The notes beneath the pieces were generated by a model, which saw nothing but the letters and a program-made list of their open reading frames with translations, was not told the origin of the DNA and made no database searches. A stretch of DNA of 64,000 nucleotides from Octopus vulgaris. Its lineage: Eukaryota. The position numbers and the translations under genes were made by a program. Shown in pieces: positions 27,783 to 41,868 of the stretch. Location of the stretch: positions 7,812,001 to 7,876,000 of the forward strand of contig OX597839.1 of NCBI GenBank assembly GCA_951406725.2, written 5' to 3'. Every line of letters starts with the position of its first letter. The stretch's first letter is position 1.

Positions 27783-27985
27783 TGCATGTATGTATTATGA
27801 TTGTATTTGTGTGTGTTTGTTCTCCTCCCCCACTTGATAACCGATGTTGGTGTACTTACGGTTAGACAACAGAAACCGATAGAATAAGTGCTAGGTTTAC
27901 AAAGAACAGGCCCCGGGGTCGATTTATTCAACTAAATGGCGTTGCTCCGGCATGGCTGCAGTCAAATGACTGAACCAAATAAAAA
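27337..27985 (+). mobile_element. SINE family A interrupted in its (TA)n tract by a hammerhead-bearing element
   Basis: 5' half at 27337-27500 and 3' half at about 27790-27985. Confidence 0.8.
27557..27708 (-). mobile_element. About 150-bp Penelope-like mini-element with hammerhead-like motif (CCGACGA core)
   Basis: Minus strand aaaactgt-CCGACGA-acggcaacgg-GAAAC-ttaga-GTA-acaggtttt..AATAAA; same family as 43513-43740; flanked by (TA)n. Confidence 0.7.
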
Positions 27986-28056
27986 AAGAGTACTATAGCC
28001 TCGGGTCGACCAAAGCCCCTCGTGTGTGTATAGACATGCACACTCACACAAACATG

Positions 28057-28096
<40 letters not shown>

Positions 28097-28271
28097 TGTG
28101 TGTGTGCTATATATATGTTATATATGCTATTACCAGTTATACATGTTTGAGCGTATAGATAGATATATACATACATACACACATACATACATAGATAAAT
28201 TAATATATATGCGTATGTGTAATAAAAGGAATTTTGTACAATCTTCGTTCAACTCCATTTCTTCTATTCAC

Positions 28272-28341
<70 letters not shown>

Positions 28342-28457
28342 TTTGCATGCATATATATCCACACATATATATCCACACCTGTGTGCAATTAAATAAATAA
28401 ATTTATGTGTGCGTGTGTACCTATATATGTGTGTGTATATATATATTTGTATATACA

Positions 28458-28513
<56 letters not shown>

Positions 28514-29140
28514 TATACACACCCATGTACATATATAGGTGTATGTATGTATGTATGTATGTATGTATGTATGTATGTATGTATTAATGGTGGCATGATT
28601 TATGCGTTTTAGTACCGGGCACATGGTTGTGTCTCAGTGCATTTTTATGGGTTCCTGTGATCGTGAGACTGCGTGATTTTTCAGTGTGAAGAGAGCAGGA
28701 AAATTTAACTCTACGTTTCAAGTGGGTTCTTCATCATTATAACAATTTTCTAATCTTTTACAATTAGTATTTTTGGCTCATATATTTATTTAATGGCGTC
28801 TTATTCATTTGTTTTTTTTTGCGATCAGTTATTATATTTCTTTATTTCTTTGTTTCTTCCTATTTCGTTCGATGAGTAACTTTAACATTACTTACCTTCC
28901 CATACCTGGTGTTGTAAGTGCGTGCATGAGTGTGTGTGTGTGTATGTGTTTGTTTGTTCGTGCGTGTGTTCGTGTGTATGTGTGTATGTGTGTCTGTGTG
29001 AGTGTGTATATGCGCGGCGCGCAAACTACAATCTAGAACAATTTTCACCTCATTGAGCCCGAACTGAAATGTCAAGTACCCCCTCGGATTATTTCGATGG
29101 AGTACCCCTTGCTCATTTTATAACCTCTATAAATTAACTA

Positions 29141-29266
<126 letters not shown>

Positions 29267-29344
29267 TATACCTATATATATGTATATACTTATATATACA
29301 TATATATATGTATATACTTATATATACATATATATATGTATATA

Positions 29345-29426
<82 letters not shown>

Positions 29427-29890
29427 TATATAGACGACTGTACATAGTAAGTACTACAATGAAATTTTAATTGTCTGCTATATTGCTAATGCTAAAGCTA
29501 GGTGCCTATCTGTAGGCATATTGTTTCTCTCTCTTACCTACACGCCCATATATATACATATATACATACACATAAGTGTATATACATTATATATCAGCAT
29601 AAAATATCAAATATGATACGAGCACCAAACAATAAACCTATCATAGTAAGATAGTACTTCTGGGGTGAAGTGACTGGTTGAACATTGCTTTATTTTTGGT
29701 GAAGAACCATCTATAAGCTTGAAGTACGCACCCTTGTTTGACTCCATTTCTCATCACATACTCGCCTGAGGTATTAGTATCTCCTACTAAAAATACCTGC
29801 TTTCCTTCCTGTAGGAAGCTGACCAAATTGATGAACCTTCGAGGACATCCAGGTTTCTTAAGAACCACACATGTTCATCCGTCACGGGAG

Positions 29891-30198
29891 TGTGGAGGCC
29901 CATGGCCTAGTGGTTAGAGCAGCTGACTCGCGGTCGAGGGATCGCGGGTTCGAATCTCAGACCTGGCGATGTGTGTGTTTATGAGCGAAAACACCTAAGC
30001 TCCACGCGACTCCGGCAGAAGGTAATGGCGAAACTTCTGCTGACTCTTTCGCCACAACTTTCTCTCACTCTTTCATCCTACATCTTGCAGCTCACCTGCG
30101 ACGGACCGGCGTCCCGTCCAGGTGGAGAACCTATACGCCAAGAAACCGGGAAATCGGCCCTTATGAGCCAGGCATGGCTTGAGAATGAACAAACAACA
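29891..30198 (+). mobile_element. SINE family C (tail X, (CAA)n end) with 104-bp flanking direct repeat
   Basis: Direct repeats at 29786-29889 and 30199-30302. Confidence 0.9.
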
Positions 30199-30666
30199 AC
30201 TAAAAATACCTGCTTCACTTCCTGTAGGAACCTGACCAAGTTGATGAACCTTCGAGGACATCCAGGTTTCTTAAGAACCACACATGTCCATCCGTCACGG
30301 GATATTGTGTGGAAAGGCTTTCTGAAGTTTGTGAACACTGCATACATAGGTTTATTCTGCTCCATACAGAGGATCATGTTTCCAGTGCTTCTACCGTAAC
30401 AGTAGCCACACTGAGTCCCAGATATAGCACTTGGAGAGATATAATCATTTAGTCTGTTTAATAGAATACGAATCAAGATCTTCCTACCTACTGATACAAG
30501 AGATATGCTTCTGCAGTTTCTACAGCCAGATCTATAACATATTTTGACGATAAGAACGATGCCTTCGTCTTTCCAGTTTGGTGAGATCCTTTTCCATCCC
30601 CGAGATCCGGAGCACAATCTATACATCCTTTCAATAAGCTTCACATTTCCATGCTACTAGAAATTA

Positions 30667-30962
30667 TGTTTGTTCCTTTTCGAGTCACGTCAGGCTCATA
30701 GGGGCCAGTTTCCCGGTTTCTTTGGCGTATAGATTCCCCAACCTGGACGGAACGCCGGTCCGTCGCAGGTGAGCTGCAAGATGCAGGAGGAAAGAGTGAG
30801 AGAAAGTTGTGGCGAAAGAGTCAGCAGAAGTTTCGCCATTATCTTCTGCCGGGTCCGCGTGGAGCTTAGGTGTTTCGCTCATAAACACACACATCGCCCG
30901 GTCTGAGATTCGAACCAGCGATCCCTTGACCGCGAATCCACCATTAGGCCATGTGTCTCCAC
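30667..30962 (-). mobile_element. SINE family C
   Basis: Reverse complement of the family C head, body and tail X. Confidence 0.85.
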
Positions 30963-31214
30963 CTTCTAGGTATTAGCAGATGTGCCGCCACATATTCCAG
31001 GTGCTTTACCTCTTTTCATTTGTTGATTGCATCACTGAATTCCTTGTAAACAGGTTGCTCATCTAAGGATCGCATGCTTGGCTGTTGCATAACTTTTTCG
31101 AAGGCAATATAGTCCACGACGCTTGAGATGTTAAGCAGGGCGCAGAAGTTATATATATGTTCGCAGCTAACTTAGAAGAAAAGCTGTGGTGTAAACTTAA
31201 GATAGTATTTTTCT

Positions 31215-31382
31215 ACACATTCTTTATTTTCTCTCCTTGTTTCTTTCTGTGTTCCTTTCTGTGGAAGAGCGTAGGCTCGAAATGTTAAAGACTTTTTTAC
31301 TTCCCGAGAGTTATACTAATACATCTGTTTGTTGTCTAAACCACCTGTCTTCGTCTTTTGTTTTTCTTTTCGTAAATTCTCC

Positions 31383-31385
<3 letters not shown>
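31215..31385 (+). mobile_element. Penelope-like mini-element with minimal hammerhead variant (CTGTGGAA core)
   Basis: cttt-CTGTGGA-a-gagc-gtag-gctc-GAAAT-GTT-aaag at 31255-31290; copies at 42552 and 52049; ends in (TA)n. Confidence 0.65.
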
Positions 31386-31451
<66 letters not shown>

Positions 31452-31579
31452 CATACATATACATATATATATGTGTGTGTGTTTTATATGATACAAATAT
31501 AGCGTATATACGCATGTGTCTATATGCATGCATTATGTACGTTATATAAACGCACACATATCTACGTCTCTATCGATCA

Positions 31580-31640
<61 letters not shown>

Positions 31641-32616
31641 TATAGAAATATATATACATGTATGTATTACTGTATGTATGTATATATGAACGTGGGTATG
31701 TATGTATCTATGCGTTTATGTATGTATGTCCATATATCATATAGATTGACACATTGATGGGTGCATGTAAAATATGAAAGTAGGCGTGTTCATTCTACAT
31801 CAAACCCCTTTCATTATACACACTGCAATTTAATATGTGAGCAACTGGAGTAAATGATATCCAACTCAGAAACGCCATTGTCTAGCAGAATTCTCTGTTC
31901 TTCATTTATATATATATATATATATATATGAAGAAATATATACGAATACATACACACATATAGACATATAGTATGCGTATACGTTTACTTGCATTAGGTG
32001 TACATACGTAACCGAAAGAGAATTCTTCGAGACAATGGCTTTCACGGACTTGAATATCATATCCTCCACTTGCTGTCATATAAAATTGTTGAGTGTATAA
32101 TAAGAGAGGTTTGATGTAGAATAGGCACGCCTACTTTCATATTTTATGCACACAAATAACATATATTCAATACGCACACGTCTATCTATCAATCTATATT
32201 TGGATATTATATACATGCATGTATGTGTATGTGTGTGTGTGTGTGTGTTTGTACACATATCTATATTGTATGTGTATTAAGGCACACATACATACATATG
32301 AGTCTTATGCATATAAGCATACACACACACACATACACACATACACACACACATACACACACACATATATATATATAGCTTGATGCCATTCACAGAAATG
32401 CTTATAAATGTACATAGTTTGATAATTTAAAACTTAGATCATAGCTCCTTCTGCATATATTCATGTGTTTACACAATTTTACACATATATATGCATTCAT
32501 ACATGCCAACTGTCATACATATGTAGACATACATCCATTTATCCATACATACACACACATACACATATATATAAATACACATATACAGATGCACACACAT
32601 AAATACATACATATAT

Positions 32617-32678
<62 letters not shown>

Positions 32679-32717
32679 TAGATAGATAAATAGATAGAAA
32701 GATAGACAGATAGATAA

Positions 32718-32753
<36 letters not shown>

Positions 32754-33561
32754 ATAGACAGATAGATAGATAATATGGGTATATGCAATATATATATATG
32801 TATATATATATATGTGTGTGTGTGAAAGACTATGCATATATACATGTTTATACATATATGTGTGTGTATATATAGACAAAGAGGATAAGAGAGAGATAAA
32901 GGGAGAGATAGGTGTGCATGTGTATGTATGTATATATGTATCTATGCACGTGTGTATATTCTTCACATATACTTAATAATATATTCCCGTGTATTGTGAA
33001 ATGCAAATCATAAATAAATAAATGTCAAAAAATGTTAGAAACAAAACAAATATTTTAACACAACAATAACAACAAAACTCCAAAACAAAAGAATATTTTA
33101 TTTATTCATTTATTTCTTCCCGAAAATCAGATAAACACAACGATATTTTCATGAACATCGGAAGAATAGACACTACATTAAACAGGACAAAAAAAATCTT
33201 AGAAAGCAACTAAAAATGGAAGATTATCAAATAACCTTACCTCGCTGATATGAAAAATATTGAAAGTGACAAATACAGATCGATACGTAATGATAGATTC
33301 AGCGTATATAATGTGCTATGAAAGATAATGGTTTATTTCAATGTTAAATGGTAATATTGTGCAAACAACACAAAGAAAATCGCAAAGAAATCAACAATAA
33401 AAATAAAAATTAAATATAAATATGTGTGTTCTGTTTTTAGAGAAAATCGAAATAGACAAACACACACACACGCATATATATATATTAATATATGTATTAA
33501 TATACATACATGCTGCAAACATACATACATACACAACACATACATACATGCATAGATATAT

Positions 33562-33611
<50 letters not shown>

Positions 33612-34319
33612 GTACAGGCACGCATACCACACACATACACAATGTAATCTAAGCTGTGAGTCAAACAATGAAAACTGATATCATATATGATTGTCATAAC
33701 AAAACGGGTATATATAATACTTATATTATTAATGGTTGTTTTCTTTATTAGCCTCAAGGGCCTATCCTCTAATACAAACCACGTCATACACATGGCGTGC
33801 GAAGTATGTGGGGGCGTAGCTTATATAATAAAACACTGAGGAATACCGAGAACTTAAACGTGAGAAAAAGGGCTAAGAATTTATATGCAGTATAGATATA
33901 GATAAAGGTATCGACTTACTAAAGGACTTGGGTGGTCTTATTGTAGGGAACAAAAGTTAGTACAGTTCCGACCTAGTTTCGCTTCTGACACAGCTTGCTC
34001 TTTTCTAACCCGACCTACAGATTAGAAACTAACTGTCTTACGCGCATTATTGTATAACACGAAGTCTTTAGTCTAAAATTTACAGCCAAAACAAATAGTT
34101 CGACCCTGAAGGGCGTAAAAGTTTTCGTACAAATTATAGAAACAACTCACGAAACATACGCTTCCTTAAACCAAAATACTCCGAAGGAACTGGAAGATTT
34201 CCGTGGGATAATAAATAATAGACTCTATATAAAATTACAAGTAGAATGGAGCACCTGTTTCTTCAGAGGAATAGGGGGATTGGACGTTTCTTAATTTCCT
34301 CCTTCTGTCTAGTGTAGCC

Positions 34320-34425
34320 TTAATTAGAATAGGTAGTAAAAATTTACGTGCCCTGGTGCTGCCTTGAAAAATGCGTCATCTTTTCAATGACCTTAAGTCA
34401 CTAGATATAGATGTGGTAGCCGGTG
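34320..34425 (+). pseudogene. Possible LINE (L1/Tx1) APE endonuclease N-terminal fragment
   Basis: Reads ..RHLFNDLKSLDIDVVA, resembling the start of an APE domain; short and degenerate. Confidence 0.35.
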
Positions 34426-34467
34426 AGAGCTGTATTTGCCAATTATAAGCCGTCAAGTCCTCTTTTG

Positions 34468-34806
34468 GTCGAGGTCGACTTTGCCTTTCATCCTTTCGGG
34501 GTCGCTTTGCCTTTCATCCTTTCGGGGTCGATAAATTAAGTACCAGTGAAACACTGGATTCGATGTAATCGACTAGCCCCCTCCCCCAAATTTCAGGCCT
34601 TGTGCTTATAATAGAAAGGATTATTGTTGTCGTGGTTCAATTTATTATTGTAATTAATGCGTCGAGCTGGCAGAATTGTTAGGATCCCGGGCGAAATACT
34701 TAGTGGTATTTCGTCCATCTTTACGTTCTAAACTCAAATCCCATCGGGCTCGATTATGCCGTTCATCCTTTTGGGGTCGATAAAATAAATACCAGTTGAA
34801 CACTGG
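34468..34806 (+). mobile_element. Two SINE family B fragments
   Basis: Nin-like core gcctttcatcctttcggggtcg (locally duplicated) and a second head at about 34660. Confidence 0.75.
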
Positions 34807-34844
34807 TAGCAGAAGAAAGCGTCACTATTAGAATGATTTTACCA

Positions 34845-35365
34845 ACCTGTGGAGAACTTGCTTATAACAGAAGACGGGCTGGTCCTGTGCAAAGCATTCA
34901 AAGACCTAGTTAGCACCATTTTAGATAATGCATGACTGGACCAGGACATCACATACAGAATGAGCAGAACTAATGCTTGATTTGACAGGCTGCAGAAGAA
35001 GCTGTTGAAAAATAGACGTGTTTCTATACGTCTGACATGTGAGGTGTACCAGGCCATAGTACTTTCTTACCTGCTGTATGGAGCTGAAATCTAGACGGTC
35101 AATAAAGCTCAAGTAGATAAGTTACATGGAAGTATGATGAGCTGTGATGAATTATAAATATTACTATTTTTGAAAAGAACAAGACTGAAGAGATCTTCCA
35201 GTATACTGATCTGTCTCCTATGATGGAAATCCTCATTAATAGAACAGGTAAACAGGACGGACAGCAACAGAGTCCTGAGATAACTACTTTAGTCCCAAAT
35301 AAACAAGGAGAAAAGAAACCGTGAAAGACCTAGACTGAAATTCAAAGATACTGCAAAAGGAGCAT
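34845..35365 (+). pseudogene. RTE-clade LINE 3' ORF remnant
   Basis: FKDLVSTILDNA*LDQDITYRMSRTNA*FDRLQKK..VYQAIVLSYLLYGAEI* and GEKKP/RERPRLKFKD. Confidence 0.75.
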
Positions 35366-35571
35366 GTTGATTCTATCTACTATGGGCACAAGGCCTATAG
35401 AAATTCTGAAGGAGGAGCCACGCAATTACATTGACCCAGGTATCAGTTGATACGTATTATATGAAACACGAAAAAAAAAGTTAAGACAAAGTCAACCTCA
35501 GCACAATTTGAACTGAGAACATAAAACTGAAAGAAATGATGCTAAGCATTACGTCTGACGTGCTAAACTTT

Positions 35572-36238
35572 CTTATTTCTTTATTGCCCACAGGTGGCTA
35601 AACATAGAGGGGACAAACAAGGATAGACAAAGGGATTAAGTCGATTACATCGACCCCAGTGCGTAATTGGTACTTAATTTATCGACCCCGAAAGGATGGA
35701 AGGCAAAGTCGACCTCGGCGGAATTTGAACGCAGAACGTAAAGACATAAAAAATACGGCTACACATTTCGCCCGGCGTGCTAACGGTTCTTATTTCTTTA
35801 TTACCCACAAGGGGCTAAACACAGAGGGGACAAACAAGGACAGACAAAGGGATTAAGTCGATTACATCGACCCCAGTGCGTAACTGGTACTTAATTTATC
35901 GACCCCGAAAGGATGGAAGGCAAAGTCGACCTCGGCGGAATTTGAACTCAGAACGTAAAGACAGACGAAATACGGCTACACATTTCGCCCGGCGTGCTAA
36001 CGGTTCTTATTTCTTTATTGCCCACAAGGGGCTAAACACAGAGGGGACAAACAAGGACAGACAAACGGATTAAGTTGATTACATCGACCCCAGTCCGCAA
36101 CTGGTACTTAATTTATCGACCCCGAAAGGATGGAAGGCAAAGTCGACCTCGGCGGAATTTGAACGCAGAACGTAAAGACACACGAAATACCGCAAAGCAT
36201 TTCGCCCGGCGTGCTAACGTTTCTGCAAGCTCGCCGCT
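35572..36238 (-). mobile_element. Head-to-tail trimer of SINE family B (about 217-bp period)
   Basis: Units start at about 35572, 35789 and 36006; junction gctaacggttc-ttatttcttt. Confidence 0.9.
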
Positions 36239-36775
36239 TTAATGTGTGAATCTAAGAGGGAAGTATGTTGAATAAAATCATGATTAACTGATCCCCACGC
36301 AAAACGGGAATTCTTCAACACCCCCTCGTATATATCAATCAATGCTTATTGTCTTTTAGTGAGGCTCTCCACGACCGACGTCCAAAAGTTGCGTTTTGTT
36401 CTATGAGTGTCAAACATCTATTCATTAAACAGTACATTTTATTCTTCCACTTGTATTTTTAGTTGGGTGTTTCCATCTTGTCCTGCTTTAGTTCTTTTAG
36501 TGTTAAAGTCCTACAAAATAATTATGCTTGCTAGATATTTTTTTTTAATGTACAAATGCAACGAGTGGAAATATATTTTTAAAACCTTCAGAAACAAATC
36601 ATTAGAGTCCTTTTCCTAAGTTCTCCCAAAAATATATATATAATTCAGTTAATACCCCAAAAAAAGGTTGTGTTTCGAGGATAAAAACAAAGGTGAATTT
36701 TCATAGTTCGAAAGAAAAATAATAAAGATAATAAAAATAATAATGATAATAATAATAATAATAATAATAATAGTG

Positions 36776-36842
<67 letters not shown>

Positions 36843-36852
36843 CAATAATAAT

Positions 36853-37192
36853 GTAGTGGGGGAGCATCATGGCCATGTGTTGAGAGGGATTCTTTGGAGT
36901 TTGAATGGTTCACCTCTGGAAACATAGGTGTTTCGTTCAACATCCTAAAGCAACCCTTATTCAGGGACATTTTGAGCAGGATGGGCTACTCAACCTGAAG
37001 AAAATTCTAACTGGGCCCCACCTGCAAGGTCATGTGCTGTTTATCTTGATATGAGATCACCATGTCGCGCACATATGGTTGTGATGCATGTGCTTGGTGT
37101 ACCTTTATCAGACGGGTAGTCATGATGGGTATATTGGGCTTCGTATATTTTACCCCAGTGTCACTTTAATGGCATGAACTGATCTTTCACTC
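36853..37192 (+). mobile_element. Non-coding (TAA)n-inserted repeat, 5'-truncated copy
   Basis: Homologous to 48546-48884; flanked by (TAA)n. Confidence 0.8.
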
Positions 37193-37232
<40 letters not shown>

Positions 37233-37378
37233 GTGATAATAATAATAATAATAATAGTGGTAATAATAATAATGATAATAATAATAATAATGATGATGAT
37301 GATGATGATGATGATGATGGTGATGATGGTGATGATGATGATAATGATAATAATAGTAATAATAATAATAATAATAAT

Positions 37379-37861
37379 CAATCGATATAAACGTATCTGT
37401 CAAGACCTACCAAAAACTGAGCAAATATAAAGATCTTGAAATAGAAATCAGCAAAATGTGGAAGCTGAAGACTAAAACAATACCTGTTGTCATAGGTGCC
37501 CTGGGAATGATAGCGAAAGGGACTGATTGCTACCTAACTCAGATACCAGGAAACCCCCAAAATGGCAGAAATTCAAAAGATACTGCTCATGGGAACTGCT
37601 CATATCCTACGCAAAATACTATCTATGTAATCCCAAGGTTTAAAACAAACTTTTTTTAATTTTTTTTTTAATTTATTTTTATTTTTTAATTAAAAAAAAT
37701 TTTTTTTTGTATTAGACATTCACTAGTACAACACCAAAAACCACCCCCAAAAAAAACCCCAAATATATGGCACAGAACTTCCAACCTGTTGTCTCTTGAG
37801 GTCTCTGGGTGAGACTTGGAGCCAACTTGTACAGACATAAAGCAAAAGTCAAACATAGAAC
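37379..37861 (+). mobile_element. 3' end of an R4/Dong-like retrotransposon in (TAA)n
   Basis: INVSVKTYQKLSKYKDLEIEISKMWKLKTKTIPVVIGALGMIAKG (RLE domain), then 3' UTR, then (TAA)n. Confidence 0.85.
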
Positions 37862-37874
37862 AATAATAATAATA

Positions 37875-37925
<51 letters not shown>

Positions 37926-37944
37926 GTAATAATAGTAATAAATC

Positions 37945-37997
<53 letters not shown>

Positions 37998-38359
37998 GAC
38001 TATTAATCACCCAACTTAAAATCGTTTGAGGATCGATAGATCAACAGGAAAGTATAGTGATCAGCAGTATATGTGATTGGTTTTATGCGTCTGCGTAAAA
38101 GTTTCCGGTATGGATGTGTGTCTGCGTGTGTATGTATGTGTGCGTGTGTGCGTCTGTATGTGTGTATGTGTGTGTGTGTATATCGATATGATTGCTACGT
38201 GTAAAGTTGTTGTTGTTGTTGGTGGTGGTGGTGGTGGTGGTGGTCATGATGGAGGTGTTATATCATTACATTTCTCCTTAGTAACGCTTGTTCAATGTTT
38301 AATGGACAGTTTTAATATTAATTCAGGGCGAAATTTCTTCAACAATTACCTCCTCCCCT

Positions 38360-38423
<64 letters not shown>

Positions 38424-38869
38424 GCATAAAAGATGCGCTTATGTACATACATTCATAACAGTACACATAAGCAAATATATTTTACAATATATACATATAT
38501 GTGTTTTTGTGTTCATGTAAGTGTGTGTGTGTGTGTATGTGTGTATGTGTTTGTGTATGTGTGTGTGTGTAATTTCTAAACGTACATAAAATTGAGAATG
38601 ATGTATGAATCGAGCGAGCTACCTCTGGTACTCTCCGCCTTATAGCATACTTTTCTAAATGCTTATACCGCACAGACACATACATATGTCTACGTGTGTG
38701 TGTATGCATGTGTGTATGTGTATGTGTGTGTATGTGTGTGCGTGTGTGTGTGTTTTGAAGATGTGTGGCTGAGTGTTTAAGGTGTTCGGTTCACAATCAC
38801 TATGACACGAGTTCAATTTCTGGAAGAAGTAGTGCGTTGTGACCTTAAGGAAGTCACTTCATTTTATGG

Positions 38870-38970
38870 TGTGGGCAAGTGTCTTCTACTATAGCCTCGG
38901 GCCGACCAAAGCTTTGTGAGTGGAGTTGGTAGATGGAAAATGAAAGAAGCCCATCGTATATATGTATATG

Positions 38971-39001
<31 letters not shown>

Positions 39002-39205
39002 TTGTGTGTCTGTGTTTATCCTCCCACCCTAACATCGCTTCAAAACCTATGCTGGTGTGTTTACTTAGAGGTTCGGCAAAACAGACTGATAGAATAAGTA
39101 CTAGGCTCACAAAGAATAAGTCCTATGGTCGAATTGCTCGACTAAATGCGGTGCTCCAGTATGGCCGCAGTCAAATGACTGAAACAAGTAAAAGAGTAAA
39201 AAAGA
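38870..39205 (+). mobile_element. SINE family A, 5'-truncated
   Basis: gggcaagtgtcttctactatagcc through tail. Confidence 0.85.
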
Positions 39206-39663
39206 GTATATGGTGTATCTAGCTTTCGTTACGAATTTGATCAGACCTATGCCCACCTATGCAAGGTTTGTTGTATTTTTTCGTAAAGACCGGTAGTTGC
39301 CTGTTGGGCAAACCACACCTCTTAGCGTCAAGGACATCATGCAAGACAAAGGTAAACTGATACGCCTTGACAATCATGTCATCGGTAGAAGTCAAACAGG
39401 AGGAATGATTACGAAAATGGAGGATAATAATAAAAAAGCATAATGATGGCAGCGGTGGAAACGGGCGGTGGCGGCGACGGTGGTGCCGATAATGGCGGTG
39501 GCGACGACAACGACCACGACGACAATGATGATGATGATGATGATGACGATGCTGATATAATACATTTCTATTATACAATTCTTCATAAAAATCCTTGAAA
39601 CTTTTTCTCGAATGAATGAGACGATCTAAAAAGACATTATATATATATATACATGTATGTATG

Positions 39664-39767
<104 letters not shown>

Positions 39768-39862
39768 TATATACATACGTATGTATGTATGTATATGTAT
39801 GTGTATGTGTGTATGTATGTGGGTATGTATGTATATATATATGTATATATGTGCGTGTATAA

Positions 39863-39902
<40 letters not shown>

Positions 39903-40604
39903 GAATGTATTACATATGTACGTATATACGTATGTATGTATGTATGTATGTATGTATGTATGTATGTATGTATGTATGTATGTATGTATGTATGCATGTA
40001 TATATGTATGTATGTGTGTATGTATGCTTTGAAAATTTCGCAATGACCCTTTTCCTAGCTTAAAAAAGAACCCAGAATATAAAGAAATTAAATCATGCAA
40101 ACAAACAAAAACAAAATTTAAATAAGTACATCAAAAATCCAATTTTCAACCCACACCAAAATGGCGGCAACGACCATCAACGCCAACAACACAACACCAA
40201 CGCCACCTTTACCACCATCAACATAATACATATTACAAAAATTAAATGCCCAAAATTATATAAAATTTTTCAATCCACAATTTTCGTTATTTCCCCTGAG
40301 ACAGTTTTTATTATTATTTTTTTTAATGTAAAACGACGTGTTAACTCATTTCAGCTTCACTGTCTTATTGAAAATTGTTGCCTTATTTCCGTATATTTTC
40401 GTTGTTCTTGCCGTATTTATTTATGTTGTCTTTGCAACTTGCATTGTTTTTTTTCTTTTTATTATGTCATATCATTTTGTATTTTCACTGTAAATTTCTT
40501 CCGAGAATGTGTGTGGGCAGATTCTGCGCGAAACGATTTACTGAAGCGGATGATTATTTATTCTATAGGGTCTATCAATTATAATTGTTATTATTATCAT
40601 TAAT

Positions 40605-40696
<92 letters not shown>

Positions 40697-40953
40697 CATC
40701 ATCATCATCATCATCGTCGTCGTTTTTGCGTTATGTTATTATTATCATCATTTTTGTTATTATTACCATTATCATTATTATTATTGTTGTTGTTCTTATT
40801 AAATCAATTATTGTTATTAAAATTATTATTAACATTATTATCATTAATAATCACTGCCATCAACACCACCATCATCATCATCATCATTACCATCATCACC
40901 AAAATCATCATTTTCATCATCATCACCATTATTATTATTGTTATTTTTATTAC

Positions 40954-41028
<75 letters not shown>

Positions 41029-41099
41029 CATGACCATCTACATCACTAACATCTTTATTTTCTTCCTTCTACACCTCACTAACATCATCATCATCATTA

Positions 41100-41138
<39 letters not shown>

Positions 41139-41159
41139 TTTTTGTTATTATTATTATTA

Positions 41160-41202
<43 letters not shown>

Positions 41203-41222
41203 TGGTACTAATACTACTATTA

Positions 41223-41257
<35 letters not shown>

Positions 41258-41719
41258 GTTATTATTATTATTATTATTATTATTGTTGTTGTTGTTGTTG
41301 TTGTTATTATTATTATTATTGTTGTTTTTTTGTTATTATTATTATTATTATTACTATTATTATCATCATCATCATCATTATTATTATTATTATTATTATT
41401 AAAATTTGCTGCTGATCTGTTCAAACGTGCCTAAATTTGCACCGGGGATTGGCGATGAATTTCCAATGTACCTTCAGGCAGTAATTTTCCATTTCGGATT
41501 TCATTTTACATACGGATATTTATTATTAATCTATTTGGAAGGCCGTCCCGTCTCGGGATATCACATCGACAGTTATCTTTTGAAAATTAATTTAATTATT
41601 TTCTCACCTCGTTGAACTTCAAGTCAATAAAAGCGTCCCCTAACGCAGAGATTGACCCCAAAATGATACTTTTGAACATTAGAAAATAAAGCTATCGGGC
41701 AAAAAGAAACAATACAAAA

Positions 41720-41868
<149 letters not shown>

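Larger units (their letters stand above)
29680..31140 (-). pseudogene. RTE-clade LINE reverse transcriptase remnant, interrupted by two SINEs
   Basis: MKRGKAPGICG / CRNCRSISLVSVGRKILIRILLNRL / QCGYCYGRSTGNMI / EQNKPMYAVFTNFRKPFHTISRDG / GCPRRFINLV / GVKQGCVL. Confidence 0.85.

Noticed and set aside
35659-36073. Repeated 'MRNWYLIYRPRK' small ORFs
   Set aside because: They are antisense translations of SINE family B.
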